Shown piece after piece: positions 33,327 to 40,821 of a stretch of 54,803 nt of DNA (positions within the stretch are counted from its first letter, which is position 1; each line of letters starts with the position of its first letter). Source of the stretch: Gemmatimonadales bacterium (GTDB lineage: Bacteria; Gemmatimonadota; Gemmatimonadetes; Longimicrobiales; Gaopeijiaceae); NCBI GenBank assembly GCA_007692505.1, contig REBX01000131.1:1-54803 (forward strand). The letters run 5' to 3'. The position numbers were made by a program, and so were the translations under genes. The notes under the pieces are model-generated. The model ran no database searches. It was given only the letters and a program-made list of their open reading frames with translations, and had not been told where the DNA came from.

Positions 33327-35684
33327 TCAGCGGCCGGGTCGGAGGGCCAGGCGAACCCCGAAGGTCCGGCCCGGCAGGGGGTAGTCCACCAGGAGGGAGG
33401 CGGTCTGGTCCAGGAGGTTCTCCACCGACAGGTCGAGCTGCAGGTGGACGCGGCCCAGGGGGTCCGACTCCAGCGTGCGGCTGGAGGAGAGGCCTGCGCT
33501 CCAGCGGGTGTGGGCGTCCAGGCGGTTCACGTCGGAGCCGGCCTGCGAGCGCCGGCTCCCGATGCGGCGGACCCGGGTGTCCAGGTCCACGGGGCCCATG
33601 CGGAGGCGGGCGTCCACGGTGCCGGTGTGGAGGGGGCGGTACGCGACCTGCCCCGAGAGGGCCCGCCCCGTGTACTCCACCCCCTGCCGGTCCAGGCGAC
33701 CCCGCATGCGGAGCCGACCGCTCGGCGTCTCCAGGGCCAGGGAGGCAGATGCGCCCTCCCGCCGGACGTCGAAGTTCTCCGGCCGCCAGACGAAGCGGTG
33801 GTCCGGGAGCCAGAGGATCATCCCGTCCACGTCGGCCCGCCAGGCCGCGAGTTCGGCGGTGAGGAGGAGCCCGGCGAGCCCCTGCTCGTGGCCCAGACCC
33901 GCCTCCACCTCGCCCCGCACCCGCTCGGGCTCCAGGGTGGGGTTCGAGCGGGCCAGGACGCCCTCCTGGAAGTAGAGGTCCGAGAGGGAGGGAGCAGAGA
34001 ACGCCCGACCGGTGCGGAGCCAGCCCCGGGTCCCGCCGGCCACCAGCTCCAGCTGCGCCGCCGGAGAGACGGCGACCCCGCTCACCAGGTCGTGGCGGTC
34101 CAGCCGTCCGCCCAGGATCCAGCGGAGCTCACCCCGCCCCCCGGGCCCGGCCCGTCGGCCCTCCAGATCGGACCAGAGGGCGAGCTCGCCGATGGCATCG
34201 GGCGCGTTTGGGCCCAGGCCATCGGCCCGGATCCGGCTGGAGGCCAGCTGCACGCCGGCGGCCAACTCCATCCGCCCCAGAAGAGCGGAGGAGCCCATCT
34301 CCGGGAGGCGAAGGGACGTCTCGGCGTCGGCCCCCAGCCGGAGGACCCGGCTCCGGTCCGCGTAGGCCGGACCCAGGGGAGGGTCGGGGTCCGCAAAGCG
34401 GCCCTCGTGGGCCTCGGCGGCGCCGCCCAGGGCCCAGCCCAGGAGGTGGGCTCCCCCGTCTCCGGTCCACCGGGCCCGCAGCCCCAGCCGCTCCTGCACC
34501 TGGGTCCCGGTGGCCGAGGGCTGGACGATGGTGCCCGGGGTCCCCCGCTCCACCCTCTGGCCATGAGCCCGGATGCGGGCCTCCGTGGTCCGGCCGTCCC
34601 GGACGAGTTCGGTCTCGCCCCGGATCCGGCTGACCCCGGCGTTGCCGCGGACCGCCGTGCCTCCCCCCCGGACGTCGGGCCGGTCGTAGCGGAAATTCCC
34701 TTCCGCCTGCATCCACTCGCCCCCGACCCCCAGGCGCCAGGGGCCCGGGAGGCCGGGAATGGAGCCGGATTCCAGCTGGACGGACTCCTCTCCCAGCGAG
34801 CCCGCGGCCACGTTCGCCCGCCAGTCCCGGGCCCCGGCACTCCGGGTGGTGATGAGGATCGTGCCGGCGAGGGCGCCGCTCCCGTGGCGGCTGGACCCGG
34901 CGCCGGGGATTACGACCACGTCCTCCACAGAGGCCAGGTCCACCTGGGAGAGGTCGGCCTCCCCGGTAAGGGCAGAGTTGAGGGGGACCCCGTCCACCAG
35001 GACCAGGACCTGGTCCCCGGCGGAGCCCCGGATGGAGGGAACGGAAGGTGCACCGGGGCCGCCCCGGCGCTCCACCAGGACCCCGGGGGCCTCCTCCAGG
35101 AGGTCGGCCAGGGTACGCACGGAGGCCCCGGCCTCCGCAGGCCGGAGTCGGATGGAGCCCGCCGTGGGAAGGGCCTCGGTCTCGGGAGCGGCCCGGACCT
35201 GCAGGCCGGCCAGCACCACGGGATCGGGGTGGAGGCGGATGTCGATGCGGGTGCGGGAGCCGTTCTCCACCACGGCCTCGCTACGCAGGGGAAGCCAGCC
35301 GGTCCCCGACGCCCGGAGCTGGACCCGACCGGGCTCCAGCCCCCGGAAGCGGGCCACCCCGGAGGCATCGGTGCGCCCCGTGTCCCCCGATCCTTCCACC
35401 GTCACAAGGACCCCGGCCACCGGGCGTCCGTCGGAGGCATCCAGGACCCGAACCTCCAGGGTGGCCGGGACCTGGGCCTGGGCCCGGGAGGACGCCCCCG
35501 GGACGGCAGGGAGCTGGGTCCACGCAGGGAGGACGGGGCAGGCCAGCAGGATGGCCAGGAGGAAGGCGCCGGCGGAGGGCAGGCAACGGGCGCCCCGAAA
35601 GGAGGCCCGGCCGGATCGGGCAGGTACCGGCGAACGGAAGACGACGGGCAGGCGCGGGGGCCTGCTCCGGCGTCCGGGAGCCAT
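33327..35684 (-). CDS. btuB: TonB-dependent receptor, probable corrinoid/cobalamin outer-membrane transporter
   Basis: ATG at 35684 gives MAPGRRS. A CarbopepD_reg-like domain (LEVRVLDASDGRPVAGVLVTVEG) is followed by a plug (VRTLADLLEEAPGVLVERRGGPGAPSVPSIRGSAGDQVLVLVDGVPLN). The protein ends in a terminal beta-strand, FGVRLALRPGR. The btuB assignment rests on the upstream cobalamin riboswitch. Confidence 0.75.
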   Translation of the reverse strand: MAPGRRSRPPRLPVVFRSPVPARSGRASFRGARCLPSAGAFLLAILLACPVLPAWTQLPAVPGASSRAQAQVPATLEVRVLDASDGRPVAGVLVTVEGSGDTGRTDASGVARFRGLEPGRVQLRASGTGWLPLRSEAVVENGSRTRIDIRLHPDPVVLAGLQVRAAPETEALPTAGSIRLRPAEAGASVRTLADLLEEAPGVLVERRGGPGAPSVPSIRGSAGDQVLVLVDGVPLNSALTGEADLSQVDLASVEDVVVIPGAGSSRHGSGALAGTILITTRSAGARDWRANVAAGSLGEESVQLESGSIPGLPGPWRLGVGGEWMQAEGNFRYDRPDVRGGGTAVRGNAGVSRIRGETELVRDGRTTEARIRAHGQRVERGTPGTIVQPSATGTQVQERLGLRARWTGDGGAHLLGWALGGAAEAHEGRFADPDPPLGPAYADRSRVLRLGADAETSLRLPEMGSSALLGRMELAAGVQLASSRIRADGLGPNAPDAIGELALWSDLEGRRAGPGGRGELRWILGGRLDRHDLVSGVAVSPAAQLELVAGGTRGWLRTGRAFSAPSLSDLYFQEGVLARSNPTLEPERVRGEVEAGLGHEQGLAGLLLTAELAAWRADVDGMILWLPDHRFVWRPENFDVRREGASASLALETPSGRLRMRGRLDRQGVEYTGRALSGQVAYRPLHTGTVDARLRMGPVDLDTRVRRIGSRRSQAGSDVNRLDAHTRWSAGLSSSRTLESDPLGRVHLQLDLSVENLLDQTASLLVDYPLPGRTFGVRLALRPGR

Positions 35685-35747
35685 GGAGGCTCGCGGAGTC
35701 AGGAGTCCCAAGTGTCCCCTCCCTCGAGGGTGTCCGGGTGCTGGAGG

Positions 35748-35930
35748 GACGAGGAGGAGGTCTCCTGGCTCGAGGCAGTCACACTCGCCTTCCCGGAGCC
35801 CGCAGGCTCCAGTGGCATTCCTTCGAGTGGACCATCCGGAACGGCTCTCCCGGGGGAGGGCCATTCCGCACCTCTGACAGTGGCGGGGCCGCGCCGGATT
35901 CTCACCGGACTTCCGTGTTCCGCCTCGTCG
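35748..35930 (-). ncRNA. cobalamin (B12) riboswitch
   Basis: The minus strand reads GACGAGGcggaacacGGAAgtccGGTGagAAtCCggcGCgGcCCCGCCACTGTcag ... GCCACTGgagcctgcgggctccGGGAAGGCgag ... gAGCCAGGAGACCTcctCCTCGTC. This contains the conserved core, the GCCACTG...GGGAAGGC element, the B12 box and a closing P1 (GACGAGG/CCTCGTC). Confidence 0.9.
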
Positions 35931-35956
35931 CTTGTTTGTGCCTGAACGGTTAGGCA

Positions 35957-35982
35957 CCGGGGCCGAGCGGCGCAAGCCCCGG
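35957..35982 (-). terminator. GC hairpin after the DUF1232 gene (candidate terminator)
   Basis: CCGGGGC-cgagcggcgcaa-GCCCCGG forms a 7-bp stem. No U-tract is present. Confidence 0.35.
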
Positions 35983-36014
35983 CCCCTCCGACAGGGGCGT
36001 GCCCGAAGATCGGA

Positions 36015-36410
36015 TCAGCCCGAAACCCACCGCCAGACCAACCAGAGGATGAGGCCCCACATCATGAAGAGCCCCAGCAGGACCACGGACAAGGCCAGGA
36101 GGGGCCGGGTCACCCAGCGGTCGATGATCCGCCGGGCCCGGGCCTCCGATTCCTCCCGGGTCGTCCGGGGGAGCCGGGCCACCACCCGGCTCACGCCCCA
36201 GGGGACCAGGAGGAGGTCGTCCACCAGCCCCAGGACCGGGACGGCCAGGGGGATGAGGTCGATGGGGCTCAGGAGGTAGAGGATGAGCCCCGCCCCGGCC
36301 AGGCGGAGGTGGAGCGGGGTGTCGGGGTGCCGCACGGCCAGCAGCACTACCAGGATTTCCCGCCGGAAACGGAGGAAACGCCTGCGAACGAGCTGGGTGA
36401 TGGGGGCCAT
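36015..36410 (-). CDS. DUF1232 (YkvA-family) membrane protein
   Basis: LSPIDLIPLAVPVLGLVDDLLLV matches the DUF1232 signature SPiDlIPDfiPvlGllDD. A C-terminal TM helix is present. The start is taken at MAPITQL. Confidence 0.75.
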   Translation of the reverse strand: MAPITQLVRRRFLRFRREILVVLLAVRHPDTPLHLRLAGAGLILYLLSPIDLIPLAVPVLGLVDDLLLVPWGVSRVVARLPRTTREESEARARRIIDRWVTRPLLALSVVLLGLFMMWGLILWLVWRWVSG

Positions 36411-36544
36411 GGGCACCTGTGGCAAGCGGGGCTTCGGGCCGGCACGGACCCGGACTCCGAGTGTACGGTGGGAGGCGGGCCCGAGCCAGAGTTCGGTCCC
36501 GGCCAGCACCTTCGTCCCGCCTGCTGTCCCAGAGGTCCCAACAA

Positions 36545-37039
36545 ATGACCCCGGTCACACCCCTCCTCGGTTTCGTCCTGGCCCTCGCCCTCATGATCCC
36601 CGGGGCCGACCCCGATCCCGAGGGCTACTGGCTCACCGAGGACGAGAACGCGGTGCTCCGGATCCAGCTCTGCGACGAGGGGATCTGCGGGAGCCTCTAC
36701 TGGATGGAGGAAGGCGACGATCTCGTGGACCAGGAGAACCGGGACCGGAGCCTTCGGGACCGTCCCCTCTGCGGGCTCCAGATCCTGGGGGGTTTCGAGC
36801 AGGACGAGGACGACCCGGCGGAGTGGCGGGACGGCGAGGTGTACGCCCCCGACGACGGGCGGACCTGGAGCGCCCGGGTCCGGGTGACGGGCCCCGACGA
36901 GCTCGACCTGAGGGGGTACCGGGGGATCTCCCTCCTGGGCCGGACCCAGACCTGGACCAGGGTGGACCCGGACGACTACCCGGCCTGCGAGGCCGCCGGC
37001 GGCTCTACCGGGAGGAGCACGGTGAACGTGCTTCCCTGA
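36545..37039 (+). CDS. DUF2147-domain secreted protein
   Basis: A signal peptide is followed by EGYWLTEDENAVLRIQLCDEGICGSLYW...DQENRDRSLRDRPLCGLQILGGF...WRDGEVYAPDDGRTWSARVRVTGPDELDLRGY, the typical DUF2147 pattern. The 3-prime end overlaps the convergent kinase gene by 64 nt. Confidence 0.7.
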   Translation: MTPVTPLLGFVLALALMIPGADPDPEGYWLTEDENAVLRIQLCDEGICGSLYWMEEGDDLVDQENRDRSLRDRPLCGLQILGGFEQDEDDPAEWRDGEVYAPDDGRTWSARVRVTGPDELDLRGYRGISLLGRTQTWTRVDPDDYPACEAAGGSTGRSTVNVLP

Positions 37040-38748
37040 CCGGGCTTGCTGTCCACCAGGATCGTGCCGCCGGCCTGGCGCACGGTCCCGAAGGAGGAGG
37101 CGAGGCCCAGCCCGGTGCCCTTCCCCACCTCCTTGGTGGTGAAGAAGGGCTCGAAGACCCGCTCCATGACCCCCGGGCCCATCCCGCACCCGTTGTCCGT
37201 GACCCGGATCCGGAGGAGGGGGCTCCGGCCAGCCCCGGGCAGCCACGAGCCGATGACCAGGTCTGCCGCCAGGACCTCGGATGGGTTGGAAGCGTCTCCC
37301 GGAGGGCCATCGGCCCCTTCTCCGGACACCGCATCGGTGGACCGCTCCTGAGGGGGGACCCACGAGTCGACGGTGAGGCGAACCCGGCCCGGTTCCCCCT
37401 TGCCCCCTCCCTGCTCGACCTCCTCCCGGGCCAGGACTGCGTCCCGGGCATTCAGGGCCAGGTTCACGAGGACCTGCTGGAGCCGTGCCGGGCTGGATTC
37501 GATGTGGGGAAGGGGCTCGGACACCTCCACCTCCAGGGTCACGTCGGCTCCCAGGGCCCGACGGAGGAGCCCCTCCGTCTCCTCCACCAGGGCCGCCACA
37601 TCCACGGCCTCCACCGGGGTGACCTCGCCACTGGAGAAGGAGAGGAGGTGGCGGGTGAGTTCGCCGGCCCGCCGGGCCGCCCGCCGGATCTCCTCCACCT
37701 CCTCCATGAGGGGATGCCCCACCTCCAGGCCCGCATGGAGGAGCTCCACATTCCCCGAGATCACGGTGAGGAGGTTGTTGAAGTCGTGGGCGATGCCCCC
37801 GGCCAGCCGGCCCACCGACTCCAGGTGCCGAAGCTGCCGGATCCGTTCCCGACTGACCTCCAGCCGGTCCTCCATGCGGCGCTGGGCAGTGACGTCGCGA
37901 CAGGCCAGCTGCAGTTCGCGCCCGCCGGAGAGGGTGTTCCCCCCCTCCACGACCCGACCCCGGATCTGGACCCACCGACCGGTGTCCTCCCCCCCGTCGG
38001 CCAGCTCGCCGGGGGCCCCGATGCGCACCGGGGGAAGCTCGACGCTGCCCGGACCCCTCTCCAGGATCCCCGCCACCCGCTCCTGCCCTGCACCATCCAC
38101 CAGCTCGTCGAACCTCCTGCCCACGAGGGCGTCCGGCGAGACCCCCACCACGGCCCGGGCCGAGGGCGAGGCGTAGAGGATCTCGCCGCGGGCATCCAGG
38201 CGAAGGATGAGGTCGGTGGCGTGCTCCGCCAGGAGCCGGAAGCGGAACTCGCTCTCCTCAAGGAGGGTGCGGGCCCGATCCCGCTCCACCCGCGCCTGGC
38301 GGGCCCGGAGGACGGACCGGATCGTCTCGGGGAGGCGGCGGATGTGGCTGGGCTGCTTGATCACGTAGTCGTCGGCCCCGGACTTCATGGCCTCCACCGC
38401 GATCTCCTCGGACCCGGTGCCCGTCACGATGATGAGGGGCACCTGGGGCAGGTCGCGGCGCACCCGGGCCAGGACGTCGAGCCCCGTCATCCCCAGGATG
38501 TTGAAGTCGCTCAGCACCAGGTCGAAGGGGCCGGATCCGTCGGGGTCGACCTCCCCCCGTCCCGCCGCCATGGCCTCCTGGAGGATGGTCTCCAGCTCCT
38601 CCAGCGTCGCAGCCTCCACCAGGGTGAACCGCCCGCTCTCCACCTCCAGGGCGTCCCGGACCAGGGCCCGGTCGAACCGGGAGTCGTCCACGTAGAGCAC
38701 CCGGATCCTCTCCGTGCCCGCCCGCGGGTCAAGTTCGTCGTTGATCAA
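36976..38748 (-). CDS. hybrid sensor: receiver (REC) - PAS - HisKA - HATPase_c histidine kinase
   Basis: TTG at 38748 overlaps the frame-corrected stop of the upstream response regulator (TTGA). REC: RVLYVDDS...DLVLSDFNILGMTG...IIVTG...GADDYVIKQ. H-box: GGIAHDFNNLL. G-boxes: DNGCGM and GKGTGLGLA. Confidence 0.8.
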   Translation of the reverse strand: MINDELDPRAGTERIRVLYVDDSRFDRALVRDALEVESGRFTLVEAATLEELETILQEAMAAGRGEVDPDGSGPFDLVLSDFNILGMTGLDVLARVRRDLPQVPLIIVTGTGSEEIAVEAMKSGADDYVIKQPSHIRRLPETIRSVLRARQARVERDRARTLLEESEFRFRLLAEHATDLILRLDARGEILYASPSARAVVGVSPDALVGRRFDELVDGAGQERVAGILERGPGSVELPPVRIGAPGELADGGEDTGRWVQIRGRVVEGGNTLSGGRELQLACRDVTAQRRMEDRLEVSRERIRQLRHLESVGRLAGGIAHDFNNLLTVISGNVELLHAGLEVGHPLMEEVEEIRRAARRAGELTRHLLSFSSGEVTPVEAVDVAALVEETEGLLRRALGADVTLEVEVSEPLPHIESSPARLQQVLVNLALNARDAVLAREEVEQGGGKGEPGRVRLTVDSWVPPQERSTDAVSGEGADGPPGDASNPSEVLAADLVIGSWLPGAGRSPLLRIRVTDNGCGMGPGVMERVFEPFFTTKEVGKGTGLGLASSFGTVRQAGGTILVDSKPGQGSTFTVLLPVEPPAASQAG

Positions 38749-39208
38749 GGCTCGCTGCCCTCCCTTTCCGGCCCCACCCGGGGAGGGGGAGCGTTCCACT
38801 CCAGCCAGAAGTCGCCCAGCGAACGGACGGCGCCCAGGAAGCCATCCCAATCCCGGGCTTCACCAGGTAGCCATTCGCCCCCCCGTCGTAGGAGATGGCG
38901 CGGTCCTGTGCCTCCGCCGAGGAGGAGAAGATGAGGATGGGGACGCGGCGGAGGCGGGGCTGGCCCTTCACCCTGCGGAGGACCTCGTGCCCCGAGATCC
39001 CCGGGAGCTTGAGGTCCAGGAGGATGAGGTCCGGGGGCGTCCCTTTTCCCAGATGGGCCAGGGCGTCCTCCCCGGTGGGCGCCGAATCGACCCGGGTGTC
39101 GGGGAGGACCTCCGAGAAGGCGTCCAGGGTGAGGCGCAGGTCCAGCTTCGAATCCTCCACCAGGAGGACCCGGGCCGGGCCGGTGCGGCGGGCGGTTGCT
39201 GCGGTCAT
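38745..39208 (-). CDS. CheY-like single-domain response regulator with an apparent 1-nt frameshift near 38852-38857
   Basis: From ATG 39208 the frame gives VLLVEDSKLD...DLILLDLKLPGISG...ILIFSSS...GANGYLVKP. The expected C-terminus DWDGFLGAVRSLGDFWLEWNAPPP is in the adjacent frame (ORF 38745..39296). The switch maps to the CCCGGG run. Confidence 0.7.
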
Positions 39209-40677
39209 GTTCCCCGGCGTTCGTTTGAGGGAAAGGCGAGTTCGAAGGCGGCGCCGCCCAGCTCCGACGGCTGGATGGACACCGTGCCCCCGGCAAGTTC
39301 CACGGACTTCCGGACCACGGCGAGACCTACCCCGGCGCCGGGGATGTCCTCCTGCCGGTGCATTCGCTCGAAGAGGCGGAAGAGTCGGTCCCTGTGCTCC
39401 TCCGGGATCCCCGGGCCATTGTCCTCCACCTGGAGGCGGGTGCCGTTGCCGTTGGACCTCCCCGACACCCGGACCTGCAGGGGGCGGGACGGGTCGCGGT
39501 ACTTCACGGCGTTGCCCAGGAGGTTGTGGAGGACCCTCCGGAGGCTCGTCCGGTCCATGGGAAGTGTGGGGAGGGGCTCCGACACCTGGATCGTGCCCTT
39601 TGCCTCGGGGGCTGCCGCCTCCACCTCCCGGACCACCTCCAGGGCCACCGGGCCGGCCTCGGTGGCCGCCGCCCCCCCTTCCGGCGACTCCAGGCGCCCG
39701 AACTCCAGGAGCCCGTCGATGAGGAGGTCCATGTGTCCCCCGGCCTGGAGGATGTGCCCCAGGTACTCGCGGGCCTCCGGGGGGAAGTCCCTGGAGTAGC
39801 GGCGCTCCAGGATCTGGCCGAAGCCCAGGACGGCCCGGACCGGGGCCCTCAGGTCATGGGAGATGGAGTAGTTCAGGGCCTTCATGTCGGCGTTGGCCTG
39901 GGCCAGCTGTTCGGTGCGTCGGTGGACCCGGGCCTCCAGCTCCTGGTTGAGGCGCCGGACCTCGTCGGTGGCCTCCCGCTCCGCCGTCACGTCGTGGACC
40001 AGGGACATCATGGAGGCGACCTCGCCCTCCGAGTCGAAGACCCAGGAGTTGTACCACTCGCACCAGATGATGGAGCCGTCCTTCCGGTGGTTCCGATTCA
40101 GGGAGTAGGAGCCGCTGGCGTTCTCCTCCAGGCTCTGCTCCACCGTCCGGTCCACGGCGGGAAGATCCTCTTCCACCACGAACCGCCACCCGGGGTCCGT
40201 CCGCCAGTCCAGCCCCCGCACCTCGTCCTCCCGCCAGCCGAAGATCTCCTCTGCCCGGGGCGACCAGCGGACGACCCGGAGGTCGCGGTCCCACTCCACC
40301 AGGGCCAGGGGAGTGTTCTCCACATGGAGGTTCAGGCGGTGGTTTGCCTCCCGGAGCTCCTCGGTCCTTCGGCTGCGGCGGGCGTACTGGTGGCGGAGGA
40401 GGAAGAAGAGGAGGAGGCCCGTGACCAGGACGAAGGCGCTCCCCTTCCAGGTCTGTACCAGGGCGTAGAGCTCCTGCGACGGGATGAGGACCGCCAGGGC
40501 CCAGTCCGAGAGGAGGATCCAGAGGATCCCCACCGTGACGTACGCCAGGGCCACCAGGGCGGCGGAGCGAGACGCCGACGGGAGCGGCGGGACCTGGGCC
40601 GGCGGGTGCGGGGTCACGGGTATCGGGGCCTCCGTCGGGCCTCCGGGGCTTCCGCCGTAGATGCGGCAAGGATGCAC
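39205..40677 (-). CDS. membrane-anchored PAS-domain sensor histidine kinase
   Basis: Two TM segments are followed by a PAS domain (NTPLALVEWDRDLRVVRWSPRAEEIFGW). The H-box is SISHDLRAP and the N-box is NLLGNAVKY. G-boxes are DNGPGI and GAGVGLA. The stop overlaps the response regulator start (ATGA). The exact start is uncertain. Confidence 0.8.
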   Translation of the reverse strand: MHPCRIYGGSPGGPTEAPIPVTPHPPAQVPPLPSASRSAALVALAYVTVGILWILLSDWALAVLIPSQELYALVQTWKGSAFVLVTGLLLFFLLRHQYARRSRRTEELREANHRLNLHVENTPLALVEWDRDLRVVRWSPRAEEIFGWREDEVRGLDWRTDPGWRFVVEEDLPAVDRTVEQSLEENASGSYSLNRNHRKDGSIIWCEWYNSWVFDSEGEVASMMSLVHDVTAEREATDEVRRLNQELEARVHRRTEQLAQANADMKALNYSISHDLRAPVRAVLGFGQILERRYSRDFPPEAREYLGHILQAGGHMDLLIDGLLEFGRLESPEGGAAATEAGPVALEVVREVEAAAPEAKGTIQVSEPLPTLPMDRTSLRRVLHNLLGNAVKYRDPSRPLQVRVSGRSNGNGTRLQVEDNGPGIPEEHRDRLFRLFERMHRQEDIPGAGVGLAVVRKSVELAGGTVSIQPSELGGAAFELAFPSNERRGT

Positions 40678-40821
40678 GGAGGGCGATCTCGCTGAACGTA
40701 GATCGCAGGTGTGCGCTTCTGAAAGGGGGCGTAGGTTTGTTTCGTCGGGGTTCTGGCGGCCCGCGCCGGGTTACCTCCCTCCACCCCCTCCCACATCCCT
40801 GCCACCCTCCAAGCGCCTGCC

